42,118 nucleotides of DNA from a virus (IMGVR_UViG_3300037470_000209:1-42118), one strand, 5' to 3'. Shown: positions 18,681-27,425, counted from the stretch's first letter. The notes: generated by a model not told the origin, from the sequence alone. A program made the numbers and translations.

Positions 18681-19864
18681 TGGCCGGCCTTCTCGACAAC
18701 CGCCAAGCCCTCGGCGCTGGGCTTCTCTCTGCCGGCGGGGCCATGATGCAGGGCGGACAGCGCGGCCTTCTGGGGTCGCTCGGCCAAGGCTTGCAGGGCT
18801 TCGCACAGGGCCGCCAGGGGTTCCTCGACCAGGAGCGCCAGAGCCAGCTTTACGATTTGCAGCTTGCGGGATTGCAGCGGCAGGAGCGCCAGGCCGCGCT
18901 CACCGAGGAACAGCGCCAGCAAATGGCGCAGTCCGTTGAGGACTACCTATCGAAGAACCAGCTCCCGCCGGAGATTGACGGCCTTGTCCGCGCGCGTGTG
19001 GCCGGCGGCGATCAGGACGGCGCGCTAAAGATCGCGGCCGACTATGTGATGCAGACGCCGGACGCTCCCAAGACAGTCGGCGGCATGATGTGGACCGGCA
19101 GCGAGTACGCGCCGATCCCCGGCTATACCGAGCAGGCGTCGGCCATTGCCCAGGCCGGGCGCAACCAGGCGCCGGAGTTGCCGAAAACCATGGAGGAGCG
19201 TGACCGGCAAATCCTGTTGACCGGCGACCCCTCATCTCCCGAATACGAGCTGGCCTATGCCAACCTGTTCTTGAACCCCCGCATGGTGCAGGGCGAGCAG
19301 GGCATCGTTCCGATCATGCCGGTGGTTCCGCAAGGCGTGCGGCAGCCCGCGTCAATGTCGGGTGGTGCCCAGCCGACCGTGGGCTCGACGATCCCCGGCA
19401 CGTTCAAGCCGACCGAGGGGCAGGGACTTTCCGCCGGGTACGCGTCGCGCATGGCCGAGGCCGAGCCGATCATCCAGCAATATGAGGACGTGCTGGCGTC
19501 GGGCACCGAAACCCTGCGGGCCAATTTGCCTATCGTGGGCAATTACGCCGCTTCGAGCGAATATCAGGAGGGCTATCAGGCGGCCTCGGATTGGGTGCGG
19601 GCCAAGCTGCGCAAGGAGTCCGGCGCGGTCATCGGCGAGGATGAGATGGCAGAGGAAATTCGCCAGTACTTCCCGCAGCCCGGCGACGGTCCAGAGGTCA
19701 TCGCACAGAAGCGCCGCGCCCGTGAGACTGCCATTCAGGCCATGCAGAAGCAGGCCGGGCCGGCAGGGCAGGGCGGCGGGCAGCCACAGCCCGGGGAGCC
19801 CACGGCTATGAACGCGCAGGGTGATATTCTTGTGTTCCGCAACGGTCAGTGGGTTACGCCCTGA
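18680..19864 (+). CDS. Internal virion / DNA ejection protein (gp20-like)
   Basis: MAGLLD start, Gln-rich, LRKESGAVIG-DE...YFPQPGD motif. Confidence 0.75.
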   Translation: MAGLLDNRQALGAGLLSAGGAMMQGGQRGLLGSLGQGLQGFAQGRQGFLDQERQSQLYDLQLAGLQRQERQAALTEEQRQQMAQSVEDYLSKNQLPPEIDGLVRARVAGGDQDGALKIAADYVMQTPDAPKTVGGMMWTGSEYAPIPGYTEQASAIAQAGRNQAPELPKTMEERDRQILLTGDPSSPEYELAYANLFLNPRMVQGEQGIVPIMPVVPQGVRQPASMSGGAQPTVGSTIPGTFKPTEGQGLSAGYASRMAEAEPIIQQYEDVLASGTETLRANLPIVGNYAASSEYQEGYQAASDWVRAKLRKESGAVIGEDEMAEEIRQYFPQPGDGPEVIAQKRRARETAIQAMQKQAGPAGQGGGQPQPGEPTAMNAQGDILVFRNGQWVTP

Positions 19865-21969
19865 TGGCTGCCCCCCGCAGACCGCAGGACGTGCCGGCCC
19901 CGCCGCCCGGATTCCAAGTGATGGAGCCGCCCGCCCCTTCCGCGCCCCCGCCCGGTTTCAGCATGGTCCCGGCCGTCGCCGACTTGGACAAGATGGTGAA
20001 CAAGCGCAGCGGCGTCCCCATGGGCATCCGTCATGCCGTGGGCGGCGCATCAACGCCGGAAGATCGGCTTGCGACGCTGCGCCAGTGGTTCCCCGATGCT
20101 CAGCCCTATGGGGATGAGAATTTCGTCTTTACCAGCCCGGAGACGGGACGGGCGACCCTGTACAACCCGCCGGGAATGGATGTGGGAGATTTCCCCAGCG
20201 TCGCGCCTGAGATGGCCGAGATGGCCGGGGGTATTGCCGGCGGCGTTCTGGCGGTCCCGCCGGCCGTTGCCGGCGCAATTCCCACTGGCGGCGCAAGCCT
20301 GCTCGCCATTCCTGCCGGTGTGGGCTTGGGGGCCGCAGGCGGGCGGGAACTTGAGAACATCCTTGCGACCAGCATGGGCAACCGAATCGACACGCGCGAC
20401 CCCGCGCGCCGGGTAATCGACGCAGGCGTTACGGCGGGTGTTAACGCTGTTGGGCAGCGGGTCGGGGACCTCGCGATCCAGGGCGGCAAGAAGCTCATCG
20501 GGGACGCATCCAGGCGGATGTTTACCAAGTCCGCCCCGGCCGATCTCAACGCCGCGTTCTTTAACCAGGGCGTCACCCCTACGCCCGGCGCTGTCTCGGG
20601 CTCCCGTCCGATCCAGATTGCCGAGCAAACCCTGTCCTATACCCCCGGCGGTTCCTCTGTAATGCAGGGCGTGGCCGAGCGCACGGTTGGCCAGATGGGC
20701 GATAGGGTAAAGTCGCTGGCCGAAACCCTCGGCCGCCGGATGTCTCCCCAGGCGGTAGGCGGCGTGCTCAAGGAAGGGGCCAAGGCAGCCGGCGAGCGTT
20801 TCGCTACGCGCCGGGAAGTGCTGGATGAGGCAATCGAGCAGACCATCGGCGGTAACGCCATGGTGCCGGTCGCCAATGCCCAGGCGTTGATTGGCGAGAT
20901 GCGCGCGACCCTGCGCATGGCGCCCAAATCCCTGAACGCCAGCCTTGCCGGAGCGATCAAGGAACTCGACAACCTCATCCAGGACGCAGGGGCCAATGGC
21001 GGCGCCATTCCCTTCACCGCCCTCAGGAAGCTGCGCACCCGCATCGGTCAGGATCTTAAGCGGCCCGACGCCGCCGGCTACCGTCCGGGCGAGCAGCAGT
21101 ACATCGCCCGCATCTATGGCGCCCTGTCAGAGGATATCAAAGCCGCCGCTGAGGCCGCCGGGCCTGACGCCGCCAAGGCGCTGAAAACCCATGACCGCTA
21201 TGTCCGGCTCTTGCGCAATACCAATCTGCCGGCGCTGGACAAGATCGTGGCGGCCAAGGCGGATGAGGATGCGTTTCGCCTCGTGATGCAGGGGTCCGAC
21301 CGTGGGGCGTCAAACCTCGCCCGGCTGCGCATGAGCCTCAAGTCTGAGGAGTGGGACGAACTCGCGTCAACGGTGCTCTATCGCATGGGACAGGCCAAGC
21401 CGGGCCAGCAGGGCGCCCCCGTCGAGCTGCTGGGGGAGGGCGACACGTTCAGCCCGAATTCGTTCCTGACCAACCTGGCGAAGCTGTCCCCTGAAGCCCG
21501 CAAGGCGCTGTTCGGCGGGACACGCTATGCCGAGTTGGCGGGCAATCTCGACGACCTCGCCAAGATCGCGGCCTCGCTCAAGGATTCGGAGAAGATGGCC
21601 AACCCCAGCGGGACCGGCCGGACCATCCTGTTCAGTGCTCTGGCTTGGGGCGGCGGACAGGCCATGTCGGGCAATCTCAGCGGCGCCGCGACGACGGTTG
21701 GCAGTACGGTTGTCGCCCCCTGGGCTGCGGCGAAGCTCCTGACATCTCCGGCCTTCACCCGCTGGCTTGCCGGCTCGCGGATGGTGGGAGCTAACCCTAA
21801 TTCCCTCTCGAATCACCTGGGCCGTCTAGCCGTCGTTGTCTCGGCTGAGCCGGATATACGGGAGGAGGTGGACCAGTATCTGGGGGCCATCCGTTCATCG
21901 CCCGCCATGCGCAACCTGCTGTCCGGGCAACCCGCGCCAGGATCGGCCGCCGCCACGGCGGGACAATGA
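19864..21969 (+). CDS. Large internal virion / DNA ejection protein (gp16-like)
   Basis: About 700 aa, Ala/Gly-rich; PPPGF N-terminal repeats, NPSGT motif, hydrophobic segments. Confidence 0.75.
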   Translation: MAAPRRPQDVPAPPPGFQVMEPPAPSAPPPGFSMVPAVADLDKMVNKRSGVPMGIRHAVGGASTPEDRLATLRQWFPDAQPYGDENFVFTSPETGRATLYNPPGMDVGDFPSVAPEMAEMAGGIAGGVLAVPPAVAGAIPTGGASLLAIPAGVGLGAAGGRELENILATSMGNRIDTRDPARRVIDAGVTAGVNAVGQRVGDLAIQGGKKLIGDASRRMFTKSAPADLNAAFFNQGVTPTPGAVSGSRPIQIAEQTLSYTPGGSSVMQGVAERTVGQMGDRVKSLAETLGRRMSPQAVGGVLKEGAKAAGERFATRREVLDEAIEQTIGGNAMVPVANAQALIGEMRATLRMAPKSLNASLAGAIKELDNLIQDAGANGGAIPFTALRKLRTRIGQDLKRPDAAGYRPGEQQYIARIYGALSEDIKAAAEAAGPDAAKALKTHDRYVRLLRNTNLPALDKIVAAKADEDAFRLVMQGSDRGASNLARLRMSLKSEEWDELASTVLYRMGQAKPGQQGAPVELLGEGDTFSPNSFLTNLAKLSPEARKALFGGTRYAELAGNLDDLAKIAASLKDSEKMANPSGTGRTILFSALAWGGGQAMSGNLSGAATTVGSTVVAPWAAAKLLTSPAFTRWLAGSRMVGANPNSLSNHLGRLAVVVSAEPDIREEVDQYLGAIRSSPAMRNLLSGQPAPGSAAATAGQ

Positions 21970-22141
21970 CTGCCAGCAAGATCGCGGTTGGCAGGGCGTA
22001 AATCACAAGCGCATAGGCTGTCGCGAAGACCCACAGGTTAACGCCTGGGGTGATAACGGCTAGCAGGATCGCGATCCATACCAGGAACATCCGCCACGCA
22101 TGGCGGCGTTTCCTCGGGTCCGGGTCATAGAGGCTGTACAC
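21797..22141 (-). CDS. Putative 2-TM membrane protein (superinfection exclusion candidate)
   Basis: GTG-start portion of the ORF: WRMFLVWIAILLAVITPGVNLWVFATAYALVIYALPTAILLAVIV; fills the gap after the gp16-like gene but overlaps its 3' end. Confidence 0.45.
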   Translation of the reverse strand: MYSLYDPDPRKRRHAWRMFLVWIAILLAVITPGVNLWVFATAYALVIYALPTAILLAVIVPPWRRPILARVARTAGCAWRAMNGWPPDTGPPPPVYPAQPRQRRLDGPGDSRGN

Positions 22142-22178
22142 CGGCCCAAGATTACCCCGCGTGTGAAGGAGCGACAAG

Positions 22179-22472
22179 ATGTTGCGAATCCTATTGGCCG
22201 CCGCCTTCGGGTTGGCGGCTTTTCCATATCCGGCATGGGGGGCTCCGATTGCCTGCTCCCCGCGCCCCGATGTGCTGGCGCAGCTCGGCACTAAGTTCCA
22301 AGAGGTTCCCGTTTCCGCCGGCCTCGCCAATAACGGGGGGCTCCTTGAACTGCTGTCTACCCCTGACGGCAAGACCTGGACCATCATCATCACCATGCCG
22401 AACGGCGTGAGCTGCCTGGTTGCGGCCGGCGAAGATTGGCAGGACCGGGTTCCGGTCGGCAATCCCTCATGA
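22179..22472 (+). CDS. Secreted hypothetical protein
   Basis: AAGGAG RBS, signal peptide, G-TWTI...G-SC-VAAGE-W motif. Confidence 0.8.
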   Translation: MLRILLAAAFGLAAFPYPAWGAPIACSPRPDVLAQLGTKFQEVPVSAGLANNGGLLELLSTPDGKTWTIIITMPNGVSCLVAAGEDWQDRVPVGNPS

Positions 22473-22693
22473 GCCGTACCCCTGAGGAACGCCTTGCCGT
22501 CCTGGAAACAGAGATGGCGGGTATCAAGGCTGCGGTGGGCCGGATCGACGAGCGCACGGCCACCCTTGCCGAGGCCTACACGATGGGCAAGGGCGCCTGG
22601 AAAGCCACGATGAAAATCGGCGCGGTGATCATCGGAATCATCGGTGGCATCGCATGGCTGCTCGACCATCTCCCGCAATGGCTCAAGGGGTGA
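22469..22693 (+). CDS. Coiled-coil plus C-terminal TM protein (XhlA/holin-like)
   Basis: ERLAVLET...GKGAW followed by one TM segment; ATGA coupling. Confidence 0.7.
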   Translation: MSRTPEERLAVLETEMAGIKAAVGRIDERTATLAEAYTMGKGAWKATMKIGAVIIGIIGGIAWLLDHLPQWLKG

Positions 22694-22697
22694 CGTG

Positions 22698-23654
22698 ATG
22701 CCAGTCGGCCCTCTCGCGAAGGTCTCCGACGAAGAGTTCGTTTCCCTCATACAACAGATAGGCCCCTCCGAGCTTGCCAAGCGCCTCGGTTATACGGAGC
22801 GGCGCGTTCATCAGAGGCGAGTGTCGGTAGAGGGGCGGTTGGGCATCAAGATTGTCGTTCCCGACCTGCGATGCACGCGCATTCCGAAGTTTGATCACCC
22901 CAACTGGCTAACCGATTCGATCCAGGACGGGCACGTTATCATCGGGTCCGACGCGCATTACTGGCCGGACCGAATATCGACGGCGCACCGGGCGCTGGTC
23001 AAGCTCTGCAAGGACATGAAGCCGCAGATCGTCGTCATGAACGGGGATATGGTCGACGGCGCCTCTATCTCTCGCCATCCGCCAATCGGATGGGAAAACC
23101 GCCCCAGCGTCGTTGAGGAAATCGAGACGACGCAAACCCGTCTCCATGAGATCGAGAAGGCGGCCGGCAAGGCGCGGCGGTATTGGCCGCTGGGCAATCA
23201 CGATGCACGGTTTGAAACCCGCCTCGCGTCGGTTGCCCCGGAGTACGCCAAGATTCACGGCATGCACCTTCGCGACCACATGCCGCTGTGGGAGCCCTGT
23301 TGGGCGCTCTGCATCAACGATTCCGTAGTGGTGAAGCATCGGTACAAGGGCGGCATACACGCGACTCATACGAATACGCTGTGGTCCGGCAAGACGATCA
23401 TCACCGGGCACCTGCACAGCCTGAAGGTCACGCCGTTCACCGATTACAACGGCACGCGCTTTGGCGTCGACACGGGCACGATGGCCGATCCCTACGGCCC
23501 GCAGTTCGAGGACTACCTTGAGCAAGGCCCCGTCAATTGGCGCTCGGGTTTTGTCGTGCTGACTTTCTATCGCGGCCGGCTTCTCTGGCCTGAAATCTGC
23601 CACGTCATCGGGGACGGCGAGGTCGAGTTCCGGGGCAAGGTTTTGCAGGTGTAG
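22698..23654 (+). CDS. Calcineurin-like metallophosphoesterase with N-terminal HTH-like extension
   Basis: SDAH, NGDMVD, GNHD, H and GHLH metal-binding motifs. Confidence 0.9.
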   Translation: MPVGPLAKVSDEEFVSLIQQIGPSELAKRLGYTERRVHQRRVSVEGRLGIKIVVPDLRCTRIPKFDHPNWLTDSIQDGHVIIGSDAHYWPDRISTAHRALVKLCKDMKPQIVVMNGDMVDGASISRHPPIGWENRPSVVEEIETTQTRLHEIEKAAGKARRYWPLGNHDARFETRLASVAPEYAKIHGMHLRDHMPLWEPCWALCINDSVVVKHRYKGGIHATHTNTLWSGKTIITGHLHSLKVTPFTDYNGTRFGVDTGTMADPYGPQFEDYLEQGPVNWRSGFVVLTFYRGRLLWPEICHVIGDGEVEFRGKVLQV

Positions 23655-23656
23655 CC

Positions 23657-23902
23657 ATGGAAGAGGCCGAGTTCGAGCTTGTCTCCGAGGAGGAGGACGA
23701 AGAGGCCCCGGACCCTGCCCCATGGTACCCGGTTAAGAGCGCGAGCGATGACGAGCGCCGCCGAGCATGGGTTCTGGAAATGCTCTGCACCACACCCGAG
23801 GGGCCGGTGTTCGACAAGATGGTTGATCATGCCGCCGCCGTTGAGGCGTACCTGATTGGCGGGAAACCGGCGCCCCAGCCGAAGCCGAGACCGGTGAAGT
23901 GA
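23657..23902 (+). CDS. Acidic hypothetical protein
   Basis: Tightly packed; coupled to the next gene. Confidence 0.65.
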   Translation: MEEAEFELVSEEEDEEAPDPAPWYPVKSASDDERRRAWVLEMLCTTPEGPVFDKMVDHAAAVEAYLIGGKPAPQPKPRPVK

Positions 23903-24264
23903 CCTACGACGGCGCTGACGACAGCCGCAAGTGCTACGCGCTCGCGATAGCCCTGCTCAGGAAGGAGTTTATACGCAACATGCGATCTGCGGATATTTGC
24001 AAGAGGGCGGCCGAGATGGTCGACGGCGACCGGGCGCGCCAGCACGGCAACGCGCATGAGTCCTTCGCCCTGATCGCGCGCATGTGGAACGCATACCTTG
24101 AGGAGTGCCTGACCGTTCGCCTGTCATCGGTCGACGTTGCCCACATGATGGCGCTGTTGAAGATCACGCGCACGCAGACCGGCGAATTCAATCTGGACAA
24201 CTGGATCGACGGCGTTGGCTACATCGCCCTGGCTGGCGAGCTTGCAGCAAAGGACTCGTCATGA
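23899..24264 (+). CDS. DUF6378-like protein with an N-terminal peptide extension
   Basis: A--V-GDR--QHG...F--IA-MW-AYL...DVA-MM-LLK--R...DNW-D--GY-ALA-E pattern. Confidence 0.85.
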   Translation: MTYDGADDSRKCYALAIALLRKEFIRNMRSADICKRAAEMVDGDRARQHGNAHESFALIARMWNAYLEECLTVRLSSVDVAHMMALLKITRTQTGEFNLDNWIDGVGYIALAGELAAKDSS

Positions 24265-24644
24265 ATGAACCACGAGCGGGCGTTCTGGATGCTGATCGCT
24301 CGCGTGGTTCTGTGGTGGCCGGTCGGCTGGGTATGGCGCGTGGTGACGAGGTACTCACCTACGTCCAGGGGGAGGGATACTGGATCTGGAGGGGGCGGGA
24401 GTTGAAAACCAACCGCCTGCAGGTGCTCGCGATCTTCGAGCATCTCCTTGAGCGCAAGGGCCACTGGCGGTCAAAGGCGGACCTGTACCCCGTGCTGTGG
24501 CCCGCCGCGATGCCGGACACGGCGGACAAGTGCATCTCCGTCGCAGCATCCCGCCTTGCCAGCATTCTCATCGGCACGTCGGCGAGGATCGAGGCCCGGC
24601 AGTATTTCGGCTACCGGCTCGTTGGCGACATAGAGGTTGTTTGA
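24261..24644 (+). CDS. Stand-alone OmpR/CtrA-type winged-helix DNA-binding protein (start uncertain)
   Basis: IFEHLLERKG-W-SK-DLY--LW...ISV--SRL...IE----GYRL; no receiver domain. Confidence 0.7.
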   Translation: MNEPRAGVLDADRSRGSVVAGRLGMARGDEVLTYVQGEGYWIWRGRELKTNRLQVLAIFEHLLERKGHWRSKADLYPVLWPAAMPDTADKCISVAASRLASILIGTSARIEARQYFGYRLVGDIEVV

Positions 24645-24694
24645 CAACGAATATGTTTACGCGCCGGTTCCGGCGTCAACATAAAGGTCTACAC

Positions 24695-25405
24695 ATGCAG
24701 GCTAGCCAGAACGGCCGCGCAATCGCGGTCGAGATCATCAGACAATGGGAGGGGTTGGAGCTAAAGCCCTACAAGTCGCAAGAGGATGAGGGGTTCACGG
24801 TCGGATTCGGACATCGCATGACCCCTGCCGAGCGGAAGAAATACGCGGCCGGCATCTCCGAAGAGCAGGCCGAGGCCCTGTTGCTGGGCGACATGGCGAA
24901 AGCCGAGCGGGCCGTGGCAAAGGTTGCCGTCCCGCTGAACGCCAACCAGGAAGGCGCGCTCATCTCTCTCGCCTTCAACATCGGCGCGGCTGCGTTTGCC
25001 GGCTCGACCGCAGCAAGGATGGCGAATGCCGGCGAGCACGACAAGGTCCCGGCCGCGATCAAGATGTGGAACAAGGTGACGGTCGGCGGCCGGAAGGTGG
25101 TCAGCAAGGGCTTGAAGCGCCGCCGGGACCATGAGGCGTTCGTATACGCCCGGCCTGTCGCTCCCGTCCCCAAATCCCTCACCAAGTCCCGCACCCTGGC
25201 GGGCTCGCTCACCAGCGGCGTCGGGACGGCCGGCACGGGGTCGATTGAGGCCGTCCAGGAAGTCCTGGGGGAGGCCCAGGGGCCGTTGTCCGACCTCGCC
25301 CTGTATCTGGACGTGGCGAAGTACCTGTTGCTCGCCGTGGCCCTGGTTGGGCTGGGGCTCGTCATCTATGCCCGGCTGTCGGATCGTAGGTCAGGAAACG
25401 CATAA
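24695..25405 (+). CDS. GH24 lysozyme endolysin with C-terminal membrane anchor
   Basis: EGL-LKPY...TVGFGH, NQ-GAL-SLAFNIG, GL-RRR--E motifs; C-terminal KS-T...TM segment. Confidence 0.9.
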   Translation: MQASQNGRAIAVEIIRQWEGLELKPYKSQEDEGFTVGFGHRMTPAERKKYAAGISEEQAEALLLGDMAKAERAVAKVAVPLNANQEGALISLAFNIGAAAFAGSTAARMANAGEHDKVPAAIKMWNKVTVGGRKVVSKGLKRRRDHEAFVYARPVAPVPKSLTKSRTLAGSLTSGVGTAGTGSIEAVQEVLGEAQGPLSDLALYLDVAKYLLLAVALVGLGLVIYARLSDRRSGNA

Positions 25406-25407
25406 AC

Positions 25408-25485
25408 ATGGATTATCTCGGATTCGCACTATGGATCGTCGCCGCCCTGCTGCTCCTCTGGGCCTGCTATCGGGTGGCGCGATGA
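25408..25485 (+). CDS. 25-aa single-TM peptide
   Basis: MDYLGFALWIVAALLLLWACYRVAR*; ATGA-coupled to the next gene. Confidence 0.5.
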   Translation: MDYLGFALWIVAALLLLWACYRVAR

Positions 25486-25721
25486 CTGAGGCGCCGCGCT
25501 CCTTCAATCCCGGCCGCTGGTCCGTCCGTGGGCTCGTGTTCGGGACTGCCATCCTGTCTGCCGCGCTGATCGCCTATCTCGTGGCCTGGGGCGATCCTGC
25601 GAATGACCTGCACATGACGGCATTGGATCTGGCCCGCGGGGTCATCTATGCGGACCTCGCGGCGTTCGTCACCGGCTCCCTGGGGGAAGCGGCGGCGGCG
25701 ATATTCGGGGTGAGGAGGTAA
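25482..25721 (+). CDS. Holin-like 2-TM protein
   Basis: Two hydrophobic segments and a basic C-terminus, within the lysis cassette. Confidence 0.6.
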   Translation: MTEAPRSFNPGRWSVRGLVFGTAILSAALIAYLVAWGDPANDLHMTALDLARGVIYADLAAFVTGSLGEAAAAIFGVRR

Positions 25722-26060
25722 GGGCGGGCTAGTCCTTCCAGTCTGGCATCAGTACCCGGAACTGTTCCTTCCGAATAAGGGTCCCGAGCCGCAGTGGCCA
25801 ATCCATGAAGGGCTGCTTCAAAATAAAGCGCCATATGACCTTCATGAGGTTCCCACTACTAGAGAAGTAACGGCCTGCGGCGGGGGTCCAATAACCCGGA
25901 TGCAGTAGTACAGAAGCCCTTAGCCCCCAAGGGCACCGCATCCGGACAGGCCGTGTCCTGCCGGGCGAACCGGCGGGGAAGAAAGCGCTGCGGGCCTGGG
26001 GCCATTACGTCTCGGCGTCCCGAGAAATTGGCTTGCTCCCACGCATCCCGCAGCGCTGCC
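25720..26060 (+). ncRNA. Candidate large structured ncRNA in the lysis cassette
   Basis: Nested stems GCCGCAG/CTGCGGC, CATGAAGG/CCTTCATG, CCGGATGC/GCATCCGG, GCCCTT/AAGGGC, AGCGCTGCGGG/CCCGCAGCGCT, TCTCGG/CCGAGA; no credible ORF; strand assumed from the operon. Confidence 0.55.
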
Positions 26061-26095
26061 GATTCTACCCCATCCACCATCAGAAAGCCAAACCC

Positions 26096-26332
26096 ATGAG
26101 AGAAGGTTGGAAGTGCCCGGTTTGTGGCCGCGGCGTGAATCCTGACCATGCGACCTGCGATCATGCCGGGCAGGTGGCTCGACTTGTCCCTGATGATTCC
26201 GGCACGAGATGGTTTATCCCTGAGCCCTCGCTCACCCCGGCGCCGCCCGTTTGGAAGCCAGTCTTTACCTGCGCCTCATTAAACGGCCCGTCCATAAGCG
26301 GCGGCTATAGCACCGGCCCTGCCTCGTGCTAG
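26096..26332 (+). CDS. Small Zn-ribbon protein
   Basis: GWKCPVCGRG--P---TC motif. Confidence 0.7.
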   Translation: MREGWKCPVCGRGVNPDHATCDHAGQVARLVPDDSGTRWFIPEPSLTPAPPVWKPVFTCASLNGPSISGGYSTGPASC

Positions 26333-26808
26333 GCGCCGTCGTCGGCCTCTTCGGCGGCTGGCGTGCGCTGGCGTTCCTGGGGGCTGCCATAGCCCTTGGC
26401 GGGTACGTCCTGTACCTGAAGGCCGATGCGGCGGACGCCCGTGCTGACGCGGCCCAGGCCGTTCTGGAGGCCCGCCACTGGCAGGCCCAGGCCGTCACCT
26501 ATGCGGCAGCCCAGAAAGCCACGCTGGAAGCCCTGGACCGGCTCAAGGCCGAAGCGGAGCGGGCTGAATCCGTACTCCGCAGGGAACGCGACCGCGCCCG
26601 AGCCCAGGCCGATCTTAACGACTCCATTGCGAGGGACATCCTCAATGCGCCCGAGACTGATAGCGCCCCTGCTGCTCCTGTGCTGGATCGCGCCCTTGAC
26701 CGCCTGCAGCTCCGTCAACAGGGGCCTGGAGAGCCTGGGCCTGCCCCCGGCGGTGGAGATCAGGGTAGAGAAGGTGAGTCCACCCCCGACGCTCCTGCAC
26801 TGCGCTGA
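26326..26808 (+). CDS. i-spanin (Rz-like)
   Basis: N-terminal TM, Ala-rich coiled coil, overlapped by a lipoprotein gene. Confidence 0.8.
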   Translation: MLGAVVGLFGGWRALAFLGAAIALGGYVLYLKADAADARADAAQAVLEARHWQAQAVTYAAAQKATLEALDRLKAEAERAESVLRRERDRARAQADLNDSIARDILNAPETDSAPAAPVLDRALDRLQLRQQGPGEPGPAPGGGDQGREGESTPDAPALR

Positions 26809-26959
26809 GCGGCCGCTGATCCCCCCACGCCCGGGTCCGGGGATGGCGCGTGACCAGAGGGTCGCCGCCGACGTGCTGAACCGGTACGACGCCGCCCTTG
26901 CCGACTGTCAGTCGAAGCTTGAGGGAATCAGGGAGTTTTACGAGGGGGATTATCGCTGA
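26645..26959 (+). CDS. o-spanin (Rz1-like lipoprotein)
   Basis: Signal peptide with LTAC lipobox, PP-LL-C...L--C motif; overlaps Rz in another frame. Confidence 0.85.
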   Translation: MRPRLIAPLLLLCWIAPLTACSSVNRGLESLGLPPAVEIRVEKVSPPPTLLHCAERPLIPPRPGPGMARDQRVAADVLNRYDAALADCQSKLEGIREFYEGDYR

Positions 26960-27347
26960 TCAAGCCCAGTTCCTCTGCGCGCGTTCGCAGTCGTTCAAGC
27001 TCCTGATCAGTCGGCTTCTGAATCCGGGCAGCCCGCTGCGCGGTCGTCAGATTCTCCCCGCCACAATCACAGGGTCCAACCGGGCCAGTGTGGACGGCGC
27101 AATCTGAGGCATGTGGGTGTTTAGATGCGAAATCAGTCACAATAGGGAAGCACTGCACTGAAATTCCCGCCGGCTCGCATGAAGCCACCGCCTCAGCAAC
27201 GCGATTTGCGTCCGTCTCGTTGTCGAATTCGCCAACGGCACTGCTGCCAGCGCCGCCGCGCTCTGAGTCCTCGTTATATTCTTGATAGTAGCGAGTGACG
27301 ATATAGCGAGTCACCGGGCGCACCCGGATTTCGACTTTGAGTTCCAT
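26928..27347 (-). CDS. Hypothetical protein in inverted orientation
   Basis: AAAGGA RBS; MELKVEIRVRPVTRYIVTRY...GEFDNE...HASDCAVH--P-GPCDCG. Confidence 0.7.
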   Translation of the reverse strand: MELKVEIRVRPVTRYIVTRYYQEYNEDSERGGAGSSAVGEFDNETDANRVAEAVASCEPAGISVQCFPIVTDFASKHPHASDCAVHTGPVGPCDCGGENLTTAQRAARIQKPTDQELERLRTRAEELGLISDNPPRKTP

Positions 27348-27425
27348 CTTCGATCCTTTCTGCCCCCGCAGGAGCATCGGAGTTTGATGCCCGCCAATTC
27401 TACCCCATCCACCCACAGGTGCAAC

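Noticed and set aside
25720-26060. Group I intron interpretation
   Set aside because: No recognisable P/Q/R/S elements or convincing P1 U-G pair, and the flanking ORFs look complete
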